From NCBI RefSeq assembly GCF_009914755.1, contig NC_060927.1: 64,000 bases of DNA, one strand, 5' to 3'. Below the pieces are notes generated by a model that had not been told where the DNA came from, did not search any database, and saw only the letters and a program-made list of their open reading frames with translations. The stretch is from the human T2T-CHM13v2.0 reference genome, Homo sapiens. Each line of letters opens with the position of its first letter. Within the stretch, counting starts at the first letter, position 1. Made by a program: the position numbers and the translations under genes. Below, one piece after another: positions 62,043 to 64,000 of the stretch.

Positions 62043-63152
62043 TAACTCTTTCCTTGTGCGAATCAGAATGCATTTTAGACTCATAGACTACCTCAGAACT
62101 AATGAACCATCCTATTAAACACAATTATCTGTTGAATGCCTTCTTTTTGAAAGGTACTAGGGTATTCTTGCAGGAGAATACAAAGGTGAACAGAATACAT
62201 TTTATGCCCACTGAGTTACAGTTATAAAAAAATAAAGTAGTACCTGAGGGAATAGACAATAGGTATCAAATATTTATGCCCATCATTTGATTTAAAACAT
62301 TAACATTTTAACTTCTTTGAATGCAGTCACGGGAATTCCATCTCTGGAAAGTGTCCAGATGATTTTTCATTCTTACTTTTTAAAAAGGTTATTGTCCAAT
62401 TTAAAATAATATTAGAAGAATAAATTGTCATTTACTGAGGCATGTACTGTTTCAAAGCCTGATTAATAACTCACAGTCTATTAAGGGCAGCTTGAGTAAA
62501 TTAATAACAGCCATTAATTCTGTTTCCCACAATGTAGCCTTATTCACTTGAGTTCACATTGATTTATGTTCTTTTATGTCTTCTGTGTGCTTGTCTGTGT
62601 GCACATCCATGCATACATTTGTAAACCCCACTACAGTGTTGATGAGTGCATCCAAAAGTAGATGTAAGTGGATCTACTTGTACCCCAAAGTAGAACTGAG
62701 CTTTCCTACATGTTTCTTAGAGTTGCTTCTTGAAAGACAACTGATTTGAGGTCTTCCTGAATCTCATTTTGTTGAATATTTTTCCTCCAATGATAGAATC
62801 ATTCAACCCTAAAATGAACACTTAGAGCAAAACAGTCTACCAAAGACATGTCATGCTATTAATGATACTAATATGAGTATTACTGGTAAGTTAGTATTTA
62901 TTCCATATGGCATAAGGCTCCAGAGGGATGGTTATTACATTATTTTAGCTCTGTACTAGGCACTATTTTAAGTACTGTTGCATGTGCAACTCATTGAACC
63001 TCACAGTTTTCCCAAGGCAGTAATTTTAGCATACACATTTTATAGATTGAAAAACTGAGGCACAGAAAAATTTAGGGAAAATAGCTAATCAGTAGCAGAG
63101 CCTGTCTATAGTCCTAGACAGTCTGGCTCTGGCTCCAGCATCCCTGCTTTTT

Positions 63153-63338
63153 GTGTGGGTTTAGGGGTGGGTGTGGGTGTGTATGTGTGTGTGTGTGTGT
63201 ATGTGTGTTTTCTTTTTTCTTGAGACAGGGTCTTTCTGTGTTGCCCACACTGGTCTGAAACTCCTGTCCTCAAGCGATCCTCTTGCCTCAGCCTCCCAAA
63301 GCATTGGGATTATAGGTGTGAGCTAACCTCGCCTGGCC
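63153..63338 (-). mobile_element. FLAM with a (TG)n-converted tail
   Basis: Alu left monomer; TSD catccctgc(t/c)ttt on both sides; TG run at about 63165-63207. Confidence 0.85.
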
Positions 63339-63652
63339 CATCCCTGCCTTTTGAAACTGCCTTCCAGTACATCACTGTCAGACCTTTCTGACTACACAAA
63401 ACAGTGACCACCGATGGCTGCCGACTGCCTTTCCTCAGCTCCTGTGTCCCCTGCTTCCACCTGGGTTCCTCCAGTAGGCGGCACTGGCTGGAGACTGGGG
63501 AATGGGAGGATGGGAGAGGCCAAGGATTTGCTTACATCCAAGAGTGATGCGTCTTATAAATGTTACTACATTCATAGCTGTTCCCAGGTTTTGTTTGTAT
63601 CTTATGGAAATGCCTAATATGCAGTGGAACAAATATCAAAAATAAAAATTAA

Positions 63653-63730
63653 GGAATTTATTTGTAATGATTTTCATAGTAATAGACAAACTGTGGAATT
63701 TACTTGTAATGATTTTCATATTGTAGACAA
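63653..63730. repeat. Approximately 42-bp tandem duplication
   Basis: ggaattta(t/c)ttgtaatgattttcata...tagacaa at 63653 and 63695. Confidence 0.88.
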
Positions 63731-64000
63731 GAAACTAAAGTGCTCAGAAGAAGATGCTTAAAAGGAGAGTGCTTTAGAAGGAAAATGCTTTAAAAAGTCA
63801 AACGTATACTTTTGACGTAAGGAAGAGTGAGTTTAAAAAAATTAAGAGACTGAACATGCAAATAAGCACTAAAATGGAAAAAGGACCAAGGTCAATGAGA
63901 ATGTCTGTCTGTCTCTCCACACACATATACACATACAATCTCAGTAAAAGAACGAGGAAGATTTTTTCAAATTGTGATTATGCATAAACTCTAATGAATT

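Overview
Primate (human-like) AT-rich intronic DNA spanning the first seven coding exons of BBX (bobby sox homolog/HBP2, an HMG-box transcription factor) on the + strand: 8179-8349 (ATG at 8188), 14334-14576, 26492-26687, 30684-30751, 42353-42433, 45688-45762 and 53321-53401. They splice into one uninterrupted 302-codon reading frame. I did not find the upstream 5'UTR exons or the downstream coding exons in the window. The rest is intron with about 14 Alu-family elements (12 antisense), a 5'-truncated antisense L1PA element, MaLR, MER5, Tigger4, MER102, L2 and MIR relics, and simple repeats. Almost all other ORFs in the track are spurious. Most notable observations: (1) exon lengths and phases make back-spliced circles into the ATG exon stop-free, endless ORFs (for example a 414-nt circle); (2) three tandem phase-0 exons each encode an S[AP]LFQ[FL]AE motif and look like duplicated modules, the last ending in a GC donor; (3) the L1 has a roughly 45-bp target-site duplication; (4) an unexplained 47-bp hairpin-containing direct repeat with copies 1.84 kb apart.
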